From: a virus
Direction: 5' to 3' (one strand)
IMG/VR virus record: IMGVR_UViG_3300035034_003571
Span: 32,001 to 96,000 of that record
Length of the DNA stretch: 64,000 nucleotides
Shown piece by piece: positions 18,401 to 28,445 of this stretch. The stretch's first letter is position 1. Every line of letters starts with the position of its first letter. The position numbers and the translations under genes are program-made. The notes beneath the pieces are model-generated. The model saw only the letters and a program-made list of their open reading frames with translations. It did no database searches and had not been told where the DNA came from.

Positions 18401-20898
18401 CTATTGGTTTCCGCTAATGGAGTATTAGAATAATTAGAAGACCAGAAATCGAAATCGAAATCTTTAATATCGAAGAAAGTAAAAACACCAACATTTAAAG
18501 AGGTTGGTTCAAATACACTTACTTTAGAATCTGATCCTAATTTAGGGATCGCTCTGATATTTTCCAGGTTGGCCACACGTAGCAACTCATAGTTTTTAAA
18601 TCCTGTAACTACCCCAGTTTCGTCCTCCACTGCGTAATCTACTAACCTATCTATACTTAATATTTTTACGAACCCTTTATCAGTTTGAATGTAATTTCCT
18701 ACCTTTATTATAGAATCATCTGTTTTAGAAAATGCTATTCTATTATTTGAACTTGATGTTCCACCACTAAAAGAAATGTTAGAATTTATTTCAGAAAAAT
18801 CCAAATCTTTTATAGATCCATACCCACTATCATTTTGAAAAGTTTTATATTCAACCCAATCTCCGGAAATATATTCTAGGTAATTATCGGAAGAATCTAT
18901 AACTATATCCCCATCTGAATATATGAATTCGGGATCTAAAAGACCTAAATATTTTTCAGCAAATTTTGGATAATCATAAAATACTGAAATACTGAAATCA
19001 GCATTTATATTTTCTCCAGAAACATTAGTTCTCAAAATGGAAGATCCAGATACGCTCGCGGAATCCAACCTATAACCAGCGAAATCTCTAACAAGAGAAG
19101 AAAAAGAATTGGCTATATCACTAGGGTTACCTGAGTAAGGATTAAAAACCCTAGATCCACCGAAGTTAGAAAAAGACCCTTTGATCCACTCAATTACTCC
19201 GGAATAATCTCCAGAATATATAAGATCAAATTTTCTATCACCTTCTGAATAAATCCCACCAGACCAAAAAAGCTTAAAAGCTATAGCTTTAGGTAAGTCA
19301 TAAATTTTATTAAATTTTATTTCTGTGTAGTCATATCCTTCAGTTTTTAATTTTATTACCTTTAAAGATGCTAAAAATTTATCTACTCCAGTAAAATTTA
19401 AAAGATCAGTCTTGGAGTCAGATATTACTAAATTTCCACTAGATTCGTCTAAATTACCTTCATTAGTAAATCCGGTCGCCCCCAAAGAACCATAGGAATA
19501 ATTTTTATCTGAAGGATCGTAATTTTCGATTCTTTTTAAACTATGGAATTTTTCATTCTTATCAGTTATATAATAAAGTTTACTTTTATCGTTTATATTA
19601 GAATCATCAGATCCTGGAACCCATCCGTCGGAATTTTCATAATACAATCTAACGCCAGAATTACTAGTTACTTCGTACGGAGTATTATTGAAATAATATC
19701 CTACATTATTTCTTCTAGGTTTAGGTAAGTTGTTATTTCCTTCAGAATCCTTATTGATATAATAAGAATTCCCATCCATTCTAAAATTTCCCAAATCGTT
19801 TCGGGAAACATACATTCCAAAATATCTGTTAATAGAATAAAGATCTGAATCTTTATCATCAAAAGCAAATTCTAAATTTATTATATTGCTAGAAATTATC
19901 CCGTTTCTAGAAAATCCCTCGGTTATATAGGATTCAAAATCTATCATGGGGGTAGACTCAGGGGATTTAAAATAATCATACAGTAATTCCCCTGCTTTAC
20001 TGTATATTCCATTCTTATAATCTACTCCATGATAGTAAGTATATGAATTCTCTCCGAAATTTATATCTATAGGTCCTTTGGGAAAGGATTTATCATTTAT
20101 TATAGATCTTATATAATCTCCTATCAAAGTACCCTCTCTTAGATCGAATGTTTCTATAACGGACGAATCATTTAATATTTTATCGTTAAAGTAATTTTCT
20201 ACGTCATTAACTTTATCCTGGAATTTTAATTCTTCCATAAGGGATACTTTACCTTCACCTGCTATTATGGAATATTCATTTCCTCCAAGGTTATCCCCGG
20301 TAAAAAAACTTCCAGCTTCATAAACTTGTGGATTACCAAACGAGTCACTACCATAGGATACAGAAAATGCTTCTCCATCAGGATCTTGTATTACTTTATA
20401 TTCCTTACCGTCTTCTATATTACTAAAATCAACATTAGTTGAATAAGGATAAGAGATTGGATTTGGTGTTTTAAAAATTACAAAAAATTCAGGGAGTTCA
20501 TTTTTTAGCCAAAGTGGAGCGAAATATGAAAATGGTTCATCGTAGTTTTTATCAACTAAGGTACTAGCTCCAGATCCATAAAAGAAATCATACTGGAGTG
20601 AATAATCGTCTGAACTTTTTTTTTCTCCCTCTGTTTTTTTTGAAACATCGAATAAAATTTCAGGCTTTAAATTACCTTCATCTAAAAATTCATAAAGATC
20701 AGTAGAATATGAATTATTACCATTTATTTTATAATTTTTAAATTTATCGCTAGATAAAGTTTGGTTAGCATTTATAGAATTCAAATAAGCTCCTCCAGAA
20801 GAATCCACAGTTATCTTTATATTACCAGTTAACAATGGATTTGTACGGGTAACTAAAAAAGATGTATTATAATCAAAAAGTTTGGATTTTTCAGCCAT
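15493..20898 (-). CDS. Large putative virion structural protein (1801 aa)
   Basis: Long Tyr/Phe/Ser/Asn-rich ORF in the co-oriented structural block; no recognised catalytic motif. Confidence 0.55.
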   Translation of the reverse strand: MAEKSKLFDYNTSFLVTRTNPLLTGNIKITVDSSGGAYLNSINANQTLSSDKFKNYKINGNNSYSTDLYEFLDEGNLKPEILFDVSKKTEGEKKSSDDYSLQYDFFYGSGASTLVDKNYDEPFSYFAPLWLKNELPEFFVIFKTPNPISYPYSTNVDFSNIEDGKEYKVIQDPDGEAFSVSYGSDSFGNPQVYEAGSFFTGDNLGGNEYSIIAGEGKVSLMEELKFQDKVNDVENYFNDKILNDSSVIETFDLREGTLIGDYIRSIINDKSFPKGPIDINFGENSYTYYHGVDYKNGIYSKAGELLYDYFKSPESTPMIDFESYITEGFSRNGIISSNIINLEFAFDDKDSDLYSINRYFGMYVSRNDLGNFRMDGNSYYINKDSEGNNNLPKPRRNNVGYYFNNTPYEVTSNSGVRLYYENSDGWVPGSDDSNINDKSKLYYITDKNEKFHSLKRIENYDPSDKNYSYGSLGATGFTNEGNLDESSGNLVISDSKTDLLNFTGVDKFLASLKVIKLKTEGYDYTEIKFNKIYDLPKAIAFKLFWSGGIYSEGDRKFDLIYSGDYSGVIEWIKGSFSNFGGSRVFNPYSGNPSDIANSFSSLVRDFAGYRLDSASVSGSSILRTNVSGENINADFSISVFYDYPKFAEKYLGLLDPEFIYSDGDIVIDSSDNYLEYISGDWVEYKTFQNDSGYGSIKDLDFSEINSNISFSGGTSSSNNRIAFSKTDDSIIKVGNYIQTDKGFVKILSIDRLVDYAVEDETGVVTGFKNYELLRVANLENIRAIPKLGSDSKVSVFEPTSLNVGVFTFFDIKDFDFDFWSSNYSNTPLAETNRYYYIKAGQKGIIKTNIPYYVKSGSIRYNNIFYNSGDVFEGVSGIDFFVEANKGFKSIVVAGPYTQLEYTGPGQYGDAVKYEANLELFSGFYGIEAIDDIKTSINESKFTLFNVGKLNTEYEYLNENYNIETSNISRIVPYINKWSLAGGTDARGNPYRLNSSPAFSPTNFSPSIDREEADPSYLTHEGYILESLPTEYPIEEVNNQKNYLPEAPDYNILLDADPENASYFSSIFTVSSLDYPGDYSNASGLTKEFFGTFSYDESGGFYEVVFRGVKYVIKKKSNLTDIGKGDPRNFISNYRGYEGYRFTSILKVVSESNDIQPPVKYEILENTTQKSITFLITVVIEDYRLNELSSFRTKSSSVVDYTLLYSLSDKKKLYLNTNSLQLNKIDSIKLSVGLDLSYSSDSFVDSIISPGRVYIIENPEYDTDLREEIKLTYSEGSNKNSTSEGSFSVPGNSSTYPWPIGISKNFIEFGKLDSNYSFDIPFLGLTGGVSIPAGSKALYNEKPVYQVDGGEGYFPPITSRISMGQIAKRINSSDSYIKYKTYSWDTENLKTVVTEDQFILNIESPTYYRKQTGVFSQTSTEGPQKIGKDQITSYSLQNSLTLKSDMLRFSGFYEPIARKVIMFNNDKLDFVTGDPSKDLSFRNTTFGSNKSGFGKIKNLNYTKVSFDENILSDSKDLPEGPVYPLIDETPIDRKDFPIFQSSWDPGYYNLYTTTSDKTPVAGTRSMKETKSFFGSKIMKTPDNIRINNFIGMEVSKFEGDTNINFINTTARKSSKAIQNLTQTQNASGIGQIPKVFVGVDITKMDEDIFPDVEVFWQNTVDPFKQDEILYVAGVIRMDRMLKRYLLNSGVEKDFVNHIISEYGVGDPSSIEDDILEYIDLNVVPIFESNGINVYIKSLGSEFEESNLSVRGDILPSYRSRTGYISDKNFTLTKRSDLIFEFDYRLNPSEFTSINFSFNINKI

Positions 20899-20915
20899 TT
20901 ATATCTTTATTAATT

Positions 20916-23900
20916 TTAAACGCTTAATCTTGATTCAAAGAAATTAGGAGAAACTAAAGTATCATTTTTATATTTCCCTGTTACCTCTACGTCAAATGAA
21001 AAAGTATTTTCGTTATTAACTTTTATGTCTATACCAATTCTTTTGGTATAAGTAACATTACTTAAAGCCCCCTCAGACCTAAACCCCCCAATATTTCCTA
21101 ATTTATCTGTTGATCTAAATTGATAAATCAAAGGAATATTAATAGAATTTTCAATTCCGAAAGGTAAGGTTTTTTTAGCAAGTGATGTACTACCTTCTAC
21201 TTGTACATCTCTAAAAGATTTCGGGGCTAGATATAAATAGGATCCACAAGAATACCTTCCTATTAAATATTCATCGTCCTGTTGAAATCCTAGCTTATTA
21301 GCATACATTGAATCACTTCTAGATGCTGCTGTACCCCCACTAACAAAAGGAATGTTGTTATTTTCATATTCCAATTGTTTATAGTATCCAGTTGAAGAAG
21401 TATCTAGATAAAAATGGTTTGAATGTCTAAATGCTGGATATACTAAAACCCCGTCGCTATAGTCAGGTTTAACTAAGTCCAAAAAGTCTGGGCCTTCTCC
21501 AGAATTAATTGCTGGATGGTCCTTATGTATACAGAATTCCGAAAGGGTTCCGTTACCTAAAGCTACCTGATCTCCGGGAGCACCTGTATATCCTCCATTC
21601 CATACAGACCCATCAGATCCCCCGTTAACTGAGGGAGTTATAACAGGAGAAAATGGAATTAAAGATTCACCATTAAGAGGTATTAGGGAAGTTCCCACGT
21701 TTATACCACCATATGAATAGGAACCATTATAAGCATTACTTTGAGGTAAATATAAATCTAAATCATATCCAACTGACTTAAATCTTGGGTATATGAATTG
21801 ACTAAAAGAATTCCCAGATGCAAAGGGAGGTGCCTGTCTATATGAGGTATTTTCCGCTACCCCCTCCTGATCAACAATATCGGAGCTAGAAAGAGAAGTT
21901 ATTGAAATGGGAACTTTACTATATTTTAGATTCTCGTTATAATCAGGAACGCTAGATATAGAATCAGCCGCTAATAAATCTTGTCCACCTGGTGTAAGGG
22001 TTGATAGCTCTAAATCAGAAGCTGCGGCATTAACCAATTGTAAATTATAAACCTTAGCAGCAATCTTTCCAGCGTCTGTTGTAGTCGGAGAAGTAAATAT
22101 TTGATTGTAGAATCCAGCAGTTAATTTTATAGTATCACCTGGGGAAACTTTTATGGGTTCGTTTTCTCCATCGGTAATATAAACTTCCAAAATCCCTTTA
22201 GCCTTATCTATTGTAGCTTTTATGCTATTTATTTCATTAGTAAGTTCTTGCATTTTATCAAATAAATTGATAGGATTTCCGGCGCTATCATAAAACCCAC
22301 TAGATATACTATTAGCCCTGTGAGTAAATAGAGCATCTCCGGATGTAAATTGGTCTGATAAATGGTCCAGCAATCCTAATGAAGCTAAATCCTCTTTTAT
22401 TTTAATAACAGCCTTATCTTCAGCATTGGATAGTACAGAAAATTCTAATGTGTTTGTAGAAACTTCCTCGGGGAATGTAATTATTATAGATGAAGACCAG
22501 TCTGATTTTAAAGGATTTTCTGGCCAGCCGGCTTCCGAAACAGACATTACCTGAAGCTCTACCTGTTCACCTTTAGTTATAGGAATATCTATTTGATTTA
22601 TATTTACTTTTTCCGCATTTCCTGTATCTTCTTCGTCCCAAATATAAGTTCCTTTAGAAGAATCGTATGATTTTTGTCTAATGTCACTTTTTTCTATAAT
22701 CCAATTACTATAAGAACCTTCCTTGGATTGACCATCAGCGCTTTTATACTTTAGTGAAGATGCCGGTTGAGAAGAACCAGATTCACTAAGGTATCTATAT
22801 CTTTTAATAAATTGGATAACCTCTTGATTACCCGTTTTATCACTAACTTTAGCATTAGGGATATCAAAAAATCCTCTTACTTTATATTTAGGTTTTTCTA
22901 ATATCTGTGGGGTATCTAATGTTTTTACCGCAATTTCCTCAACGGTTGTGTTATATAAGGTTTGCTTTTGAGCTTTTTCTTCAGTAAGTGAATTTAACTT
23001 TGCTTCTATTGCTTTTGGGTTCGAGCTTTCCTTTGGCTGTGAACTAGGGCTTATAGAAGACGATGAAGAAAATCCCTTATTTAATTGACTTTTAGTTTTT
23101 TCTATAGATTTATCTAAGGTTTTCATTTCGTTCTTTAGAACGGATTTAACTGCTACCTTTTCAAATAAAGTTTTAGAGCTTATAGAATCAGTTAATTGTT
23201 TGTTTATTTGAATTACCTGAAAGCTATCCGGATCTAATACAGGAGCATCTGGAGATAAACCATATATTGAAGGAATAGTCTTTTCTTTAGCCATTCCTAA
23301 AAAGATCTGTCCCATATCTGAAACCTGGTCTTTATAAAAAGTAGCTAGGTCCTGTACGGTACCCTGGTTATTTATGGTTAATTCACTACTAAAAAATGTA
23401 ATACCTATAGAAAATTCAGATCCTACTATATTAAAATTGTCGTCAATTACCTTAAAAAATACACCTTGTCTTTCGTCAAATCCTACATTTACCTGGATCT
23501 CTCTTTGGCTAAACTCAGAAGAAGATATTTCTAATACATCAGATCCGATGGAAACCGGTTGATATCCAGTAATCCTTTTAAGTTGAACTGAGCTTTCATC
23601 TCTATTTACAGATGTTATTTCATATTTAGATCCATTATCAGTAACTAAATAATCACCAACATCTAATGATTTACCATTCTTTATGTCAGAAAGAACATCA
23701 GAATAATTTAGAGTATTTAGTCTATAATTTCTTCTAGTTTCAATTACAACATTTCCATTAATGTCTTTATTTCTTACTTCATCGTCATAAAACGCCAAAA
23801 CTCCAAAAGATCCTACATTTCTTAAAACTCTAAGCGGAAGATCCACTATATCTTCGTCTATATAGTAACCTATACCTTGATCTTCTAATTCCTGAATGTA

Positions 23901-24446
23901 CTCGTCGTGCTCTATATCGTTTTTCCCTTTTATATTCTCATCAAAATAAGTTTTTTGTTCGTTAGTTTGGGTATTTGCTATAATTCTTTTTACTACAACT
24001 CTATCAGCATCCTTACTGATTTGTTCGTCTACATTTACTTTAACGAATAATAAAGGATTCAAAAAGGATTCAAAAAACCAGTTATCCTTTATCGCAAAAG
24101 TAGAAGGGATCGGTAAATTAGTAAGTTTAGCCGGTTCCCTTATTGGCTGAACTTTATATATTTGGGCATAAGTTCCGTCTGGATTTCTTACCGTAGAAAA
24201 ATTATCGCCCAGGCCAGATAAGGCTTGAATATTAGAATCTAGCCTTTTTATCTGACTTCTAAGATATCCGTATGCTGGTAAAGATGCACTAACCGGAAGT
24301 CCGTTTTCATCAAGCATTTCGATCTCCACCGTATCCTTAGTAGAAGTTGCTACCTCATTAAGCCCATTTATTATCTCCAAAGAATTTTTTTGAAGTCTCA
24401 TAAATTGAGCTACTAATGAGCTTATAGAATTTTTTGTTCCTGACAT
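20916..24446 (-). CDS. Putative virion structural protein with coiled-coil segments (1176 aa)
   Basis: ORF, context, heptad segments. Confidence 0.55.
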   Translation of the reverse strand: MSGTKNSISSLVAQFMRLQKNSLEIINGLNEVATSTKDTVEIEMLDENGLPVSASLPAYGYLRSQIKRLDSNIQALSGLGDNFSTVRNPDGTYAQIYKVQPIREPAKLTNLPIPSTFAIKDNWFFESFLNPLLFVKVNVDEQISKDADRVVVKRIIANTQTNEQKTYFDENIKGKNDIEHDEYIQELEDQGIGYYIDEDIVDLPLRVLRNVGSFGVLAFYDDEVRNKDINGNVVIETRRNYRLNTLNYSDVLSDIKNGKSLDVGDYLVTDNGSKYEITSVNRDESSVQLKRITGYQPVSIGSDVLEISSSEFSQREIQVNVGFDERQGVFFKVIDDNFNIVGSEFSIGITFFSSELTINNQGTVQDLATFYKDQVSDMGQIFLGMAKEKTIPSIYGLSPDAPVLDPDSFQVIQINKQLTDSISSKTLFEKVAVKSVLKNEMKTLDKSIEKTKSQLNKGFSSSSSISPSSQPKESSNPKAIEAKLNSLTEEKAQKQTLYNTTVEEIAVKTLDTPQILEKPKYKVRGFFDIPNAKVSDKTGNQEVIQFIKRYRYLSESGSSQPASSLKYKSADGQSKEGSYSNWIIEKSDIRQKSYDSSKGTYIWDEEDTGNAEKVNINQIDIPITKGEQVELQVMSVSEAGWPENPLKSDWSSSIIITFPEEVSTNTLEFSVLSNAEDKAVIKIKEDLASLGLLDHLSDQFTSGDALFTHRANSISSGFYDSAGNPINLFDKMQELTNEINSIKATIDKAKGILEVYITDGENEPIKVSPGDTIKLTAGFYNQIFTSPTTTDAGKIAAKVYNLQLVNAAASDLELSTLTPGGQDLLAADSISSVPDYNENLKYSKVPISITSLSSSDIVDQEGVAENTSYRQAPPFASGNSFSQFIYPRFKSVGYDLDLYLPQSNAYNGSYSYGGINVGTSLIPLNGESLIPFSPVITPSVNGGSDGSVWNGGYTGAPGDQVALGNGTLSEFCIHKDHPAINSGEGPDFLDLVKPDYSDGVLVYPAFRHSNHFYLDTSSTGYYKQLEYENNNIPFVSGGTAASRSDSMYANKLGFQQDDEYLIGRYSCGSYLYLAPKSFRDVQVEGSTSLAKKTLPFGIENSINIPLIYQFRSTDKLGNIGGFRSEGALSNVTYTKRIGIDIKVNNENTFSFDVEVTGKYKNDTLVSPNFFESRLSV

Positions 24447-24463
24447 TTTTTATTTACTTTTTC

Positions 24464-26653
24464 TTATGTATTATTAGTTAAACTCTGGCCTATTACATCA
24501 ACCTGGAATTTATATTCTTTTTCGTCTATACAAACTATTTCAATCACTGGCTTATATGCAAAATCTATAAAAATATCCTCATCTAAGCTAATTAAAAATT
24601 TAGAATATTGTGTTCCAACTGGATTAGATTCTGGATATTTCCCCGTCGAATCAGTATAAAAATTAATGAAGTATTGTCCTGGGTAAATATCATCTCCGAA
24701 AGAAAATCTAAACTTCTGTCCTCTTTTCCACTTCTGAAGAGTATCGTCAATTCTTATTAGAATATCAGATTCTAATTGTATTGGATTTCCCCCGTTTACA
24801 TGTTTAAAATAATTACCAAATTCATTTAGAGTAACTATATTTATATTCTCTGTACTAAGTGTACCATATCCTTTATTATTTCCGATATTAAATCCCTGAG
24901 TGGAATTACTAATAGTTACTTGGTTTTCTACACTTCTATCTACATTAGTACCTATTCCCTGTTTAATAGAATCTAGGTCATATGAGATTTTAGCGGAGGT
25001 TTCATTATTTATAATAGCCCTTATTAGATCATAATTTTGGTTAATTAGACCCATGATTGACTTTGTATTGGAAAATAAAGCTTGGTTTGCTGCTAAATTT
25101 CCCTCAATAGCTTCTATTCTTCTGTCGAAATTAACCGCAGTAGATGTGGATAATGTAATATCCTCTAAATTGGTTAATCTTTCTTCCATTTTAATTATTC
25201 CGGTAGCGGAGTCATTTAAAGTTTCACTAGCATCTTGAAGGACATTTAATGAATCCATGAACATGGTCAAAGAAAATGGTGAATAATCATTAATGGCTTG
25301 TTCTACTCCTGCCTGATCTATATCAGTTTCGAATTTAATATTTAATTTAAGACCCCAGCTATTACCATTCAGCTTTGTTACTAAATTCGGTTTATATTTT
25401 TTCAGTCTAGGTATGAAAGTATCTCCTTCTGTTACAACATCATCTAAAAATAAAACTCCATATAGGTTAGTAGCAAAGTCTCCGGGACTTGCGGGATCGT
25501 ATACATCATAATAAACCAATACTGCATTGAATTCAAAATCCTGTGCTATAGCTGTAGAGTTAAATTCCTCTATAGTGGTTATTCCGGGGTTTTCTAATAT
25601 CTCTTTATATGAATCTGGATCGAAGTCTATACCAATTGAGTCCAATTGAGTCCTAGCATATATTAATTCGTTACCGTTATTAGATTTAGTAATGATTAAA
25701 GATGCAGGTTCTGTAAATAGTTCGTCAGTATAGTAAGTATTAGGGGTATCTCTAGGAGTATACCAATTTCCTGATCCTGTCGCTCCATCTATTGTATCCT
25801 CAAAAGTTACTGAAGGTGCTCCCAAAACATCGCTATCAAAAATAGCCAAAGTAGTAAGGCCGCTAGGGTTTACTTCATCGTAAGATCTTCCGTTTATATA
25901 TTCCCTATCTAGAGGGTCCGTTGGTAAATTCTGCCAAGAAAAATCCGGAAAGTAATTAGAATCTAAAACATTTTTAAATAATATAGTAGGTGTTCCCCCG
26001 TCTTTAGTTGGTACATGTACATAAACTTCGGAATATGTGTTATTTTTATTTTTTACCGAATTTACTATATCCAGATTACCTACATATTTAACTACGTTAT
26101 TATAATTAGCCCCAGTCAATCCAAAAGATCCAGTACCCCCTGTTGGGTCACCTTCTACATATCTTTTTTCAGTCTGGGGTAAATCATTTACTACTAAAAC
26201 AGTTTCTTGATCTAGTGATTCTGAAACCTGGTCTTCAGATGCTGGTTGAAACCTTATTGCCCCCGTTTCCTTTAACCATTTAAAAAATATTCTTTCCGAT
26301 ATATTTTGTTTAATTTCTTGATCGTATTCATCACTACCGATAATTGTACTTTCTACATTTAAGCAATAGCTTTGGAAACTTTGGGAAAAGTCTATATTTC
26401 CGTCCCCAGTTATTATTTTTCCTGCGCTAGTAGAAAAATCTAAAAAAGCACCATCTGGTCCATTAAGTTTAACTTTATTATCTAAAGAGCTTGCGCTATC
26501 TATATCAGGGATATCTAATAAAGCAAACTTCGAAAATTTGAATTTATTTGTAGAATTATTGAAAGTAGTAGTTATATCTTCAGCTGAAGAAGAGAAACTG
26601 TAAAATGTTCCTCCTTGGACTTGTAGGGGTCTTATAAAAGGGGTCTTAGCCAT
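24464..26653 (-). CDS. Putative virion structural protein (729 aa)
   Basis: ORF, context, central coiled coil. Confidence 0.55.
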   Translation of the reverse strand: MAKTPFIRPLQVQGGTFYSFSSSAEDITTTFNNSTNKFKFSKFALLDIPDIDSASSLDNKVKLNGPDGAFLDFSTSAGKIITGDGNIDFSQSFQSYCLNVESTIIGSDEYDQEIKQNISERIFFKWLKETGAIRFQPASEDQVSESLDQETVLVVNDLPQTEKRYVEGDPTGGTGSFGLTGANYNNVVKYVGNLDIVNSVKNKNNTYSEVYVHVPTKDGGTPTILFKNVLDSNYFPDFSWQNLPTDPLDREYINGRSYDEVNPSGLTTLAIFDSDVLGAPSVTFEDTIDGATGSGNWYTPRDTPNTYYTDELFTEPASLIITKSNNGNELIYARTQLDSIGIDFDPDSYKEILENPGITTIEEFNSTAIAQDFEFNAVLVYYDVYDPASPGDFATNLYGVLFLDDVVTEGDTFIPRLKKYKPNLVTKLNGNSWGLKLNIKFETDIDQAGVEQAINDYSPFSLTMFMDSLNVLQDASETLNDSATGIIKMEERLTNLEDITLSTSTAVNFDRRIEAIEGNLAANQALFSNTKSIMGLINQNYDLIRAIINNETSAKISYDLDSIKQGIGTNVDRSVENQVTISNSTQGFNIGNNKGYGTLSTENINIVTLNEFGNYFKHVNGGNPIQLESDILIRIDDTLQKWKRGQKFRFSFGDDIYPGQYFINFYTDSTGKYPESNPVGTQYSKFLISLDEDIFIDFAYKPVIEIVCIDEKEYKFQVDVIGQSLTNNT

Positions 26654-26680
26654 TCTGTTTATTCTTTTTAGTTTAAATTA

Positions 26681-27577
26681 TTATACAATATTGTATGCAG
26701 ATAAAATGACCCACGAACCTTTTTGTGTAACGGAAGCCTGGTCTATCCTAGGTTCCCATAATAATTTCATTGATGATCTGTAAGCAAACCCAGAAGCAAT
26801 TGTTAATCCTGCTGCGTCCCATCCACCTTGTGAACCGTTAGTATTAAATCCAGTATATACTCCTCCAGTAAGTCCGGTAACTATCGTTCCTCCAGCATCA
26901 TTAGTATTTATTAAGGTTAACTCAAATCCTGCAGGTAATGCTGATACAGTAGAACCATCTCCAACGCTTATCATAAATCCCCCAGTACTACCACAATCTG
27001 CGTATATTACGTTTTCCTGCCCCGTTATTTCATAAGGAGTAACTGGGGTTGTTACATATCCTCCTCCATGAGGAAAAGATGCATTATCACTATCAGGAAA
27101 ATCTGATCCTGCGGTTAGCCCAGAATTTATAACTAGGCTATTATTTACTATACTTCCAGCGGGACCTAATGTCATTTGACCATTTATAATTGCTTCTCCT
27201 CCGAAAGATGTTGTAGATCCAGTAGAAAAGGAAATAGAATTTGACATAGAAACTGGACCATTGAGGTTAACCTGTCCGGAAGTAGTAAGTACTTGAGTAC
27301 TTAAGGCAACAAATGCGCCCGCTCCCGAAGAATTAATAGTAGCTGTAGCTGTTCCAGATGCTGGAAATGTTAGATTATTAAATAATCCTGATTTAGCTGA
27401 TACCTTTCCCGTTGTGGTTTCGGTTAAATCTAAAATTCCGTTATTAGTATCTATACCAAAAACATCAGCATATCCATTGATCCAATTTCCAAGGATGTTA
27501 AAATTCGAGTTAACTCTATTTCTAGATCCCGATATTCCATCTGATCCTTTTACTTCAGTTATATTGACTGTTGCCAT
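26681..27577 (-). CDS. Putative fibre/structural protein (Gly/Ser/Thr-rich)
   Basis: N-terminal SRNRVNSNF resembles the xIN.NF anchor of the collagen paralogues; GATATATA at 27613-27620. Confidence 0.6.
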   Translation of the reverse strand: MATVNITEVKGSDGISGSRNRVNSNFNILGNWINGYADVFGIDTNNGILDLTETTTGKVSAKSGLFNNLTFPASGTATATINSSGAGAFVALSTQVLTTSGQVNLNGPVSMSNSISFSTGSTTSFGGEAIINGQMTLGPAGSIVNNSLVINSGLTAGSDFPDSDNASFPHGGGYVTTPVTPYEITGQENVIYADCGSTGGFMISVGDGSTVSALPAGFELTLINTNDAGGTIVTGLTGGVYTGFNTNGSQGGWDAAGLTIASGFAYRSSMKLLWEPRIDQASVTQKGSWVILSAYNIV

Positions 27578-27671
27578 TTCTTTTAATGTTTTTTTATTAT
27601 TCTAATTTCAAATATATATCCTACCACGACAAACAAGAAAAATTCTATAAAAATAGTGGGTTATAAAAAAT

Positions 27672-28445
27672 ATGGCAAGGAAAAAGCGTTTATCCGATGA
27701 AGAATTATACTTCGAACTAGGAAGTATGGACGAGCAAAAAAAAGAAACTCAAGAAAAGGTTTCCAATAAAGAGGCCCGTTACATTGACTCTAGTCTAAAA
27801 AAAATAAAACTAAATGAATCACAAGAAAAATTATTTCAAATTTATAAAGAGAATAAAATAATCTTTGTATTTGGTCCAGCAGGAACAGCAAAAACATTCA
27901 CAGCTTGCTACTGTGGATTAGATTCATTAACAAACGATCCAGCAATATCAAAAATACTTCTAATAAAACCTACAATAGAAGCTAGTAAGTCTTTAGGATA
28001 TTTACCCGGTGACGAAAAGGAAAAAACAGACCCTTTTATGTATTCATATTACGATAACTTGGCAAAAATCGTAGGACCAACCAAGTTGGGAATTATGCTT
28101 AATCAAAATAATACAATAAAAGTAGAAAACCTCCAGTACATGAGAGGAAGAACTTTTGATAATGCTGTAATATTATTAGACGAAGCTCAAAATTGCAACT
28201 ATAAGGAAATCATGCTAGCTATTACTAGGTTAGGAAAGAATTCAAAAATGGTAATATTTGGTGACACCTCTCAGTATGACATCAGGGAAAAAGACGTAGC
28301 TTTAAAGAAGTTCTTTAAACTGTTCCAAAACTTAAAAGATGTGGGAGTCTTTGAATTTGAGAAAAAAGACATCGTTAGATCCCCTATATTAATAGAAATT
28401 ACTGAAGTCTACGAAAAGTGGAGGATTGAAAACAATCTAGATTAA
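27672..28445 (+). CDS. phoH: PhoH-family ATPase
   Basis: GPAGTAKT, LGYLPGD..EK.DP, YMRGRTF, LLDEAQN, TRLGKNSK, GDTSQYD, DIVRS. Confidence 0.95.
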   Translation: MARKKRLSDEELYFELGSMDEQKKETQEKVSNKEARYIDSSLKKIKLNESQEKLFQIYKENKIIFVFGPAGTAKTFTACYCGLDSLTNDPAISKILLIKPTIEASKSLGYLPGDEKEKTDPFMYSYYDNLAKIVGPTKLGIMLNQNNTIKVENLQYMRGRTFDNAVILLDEAQNCNYKEIMLAITRLGKNSKMVIFGDTSQYDIREKDVALKKFFKLFQNLKDVGVFEFEKKDIVRSPILIEITEVYEKWRIENNLD

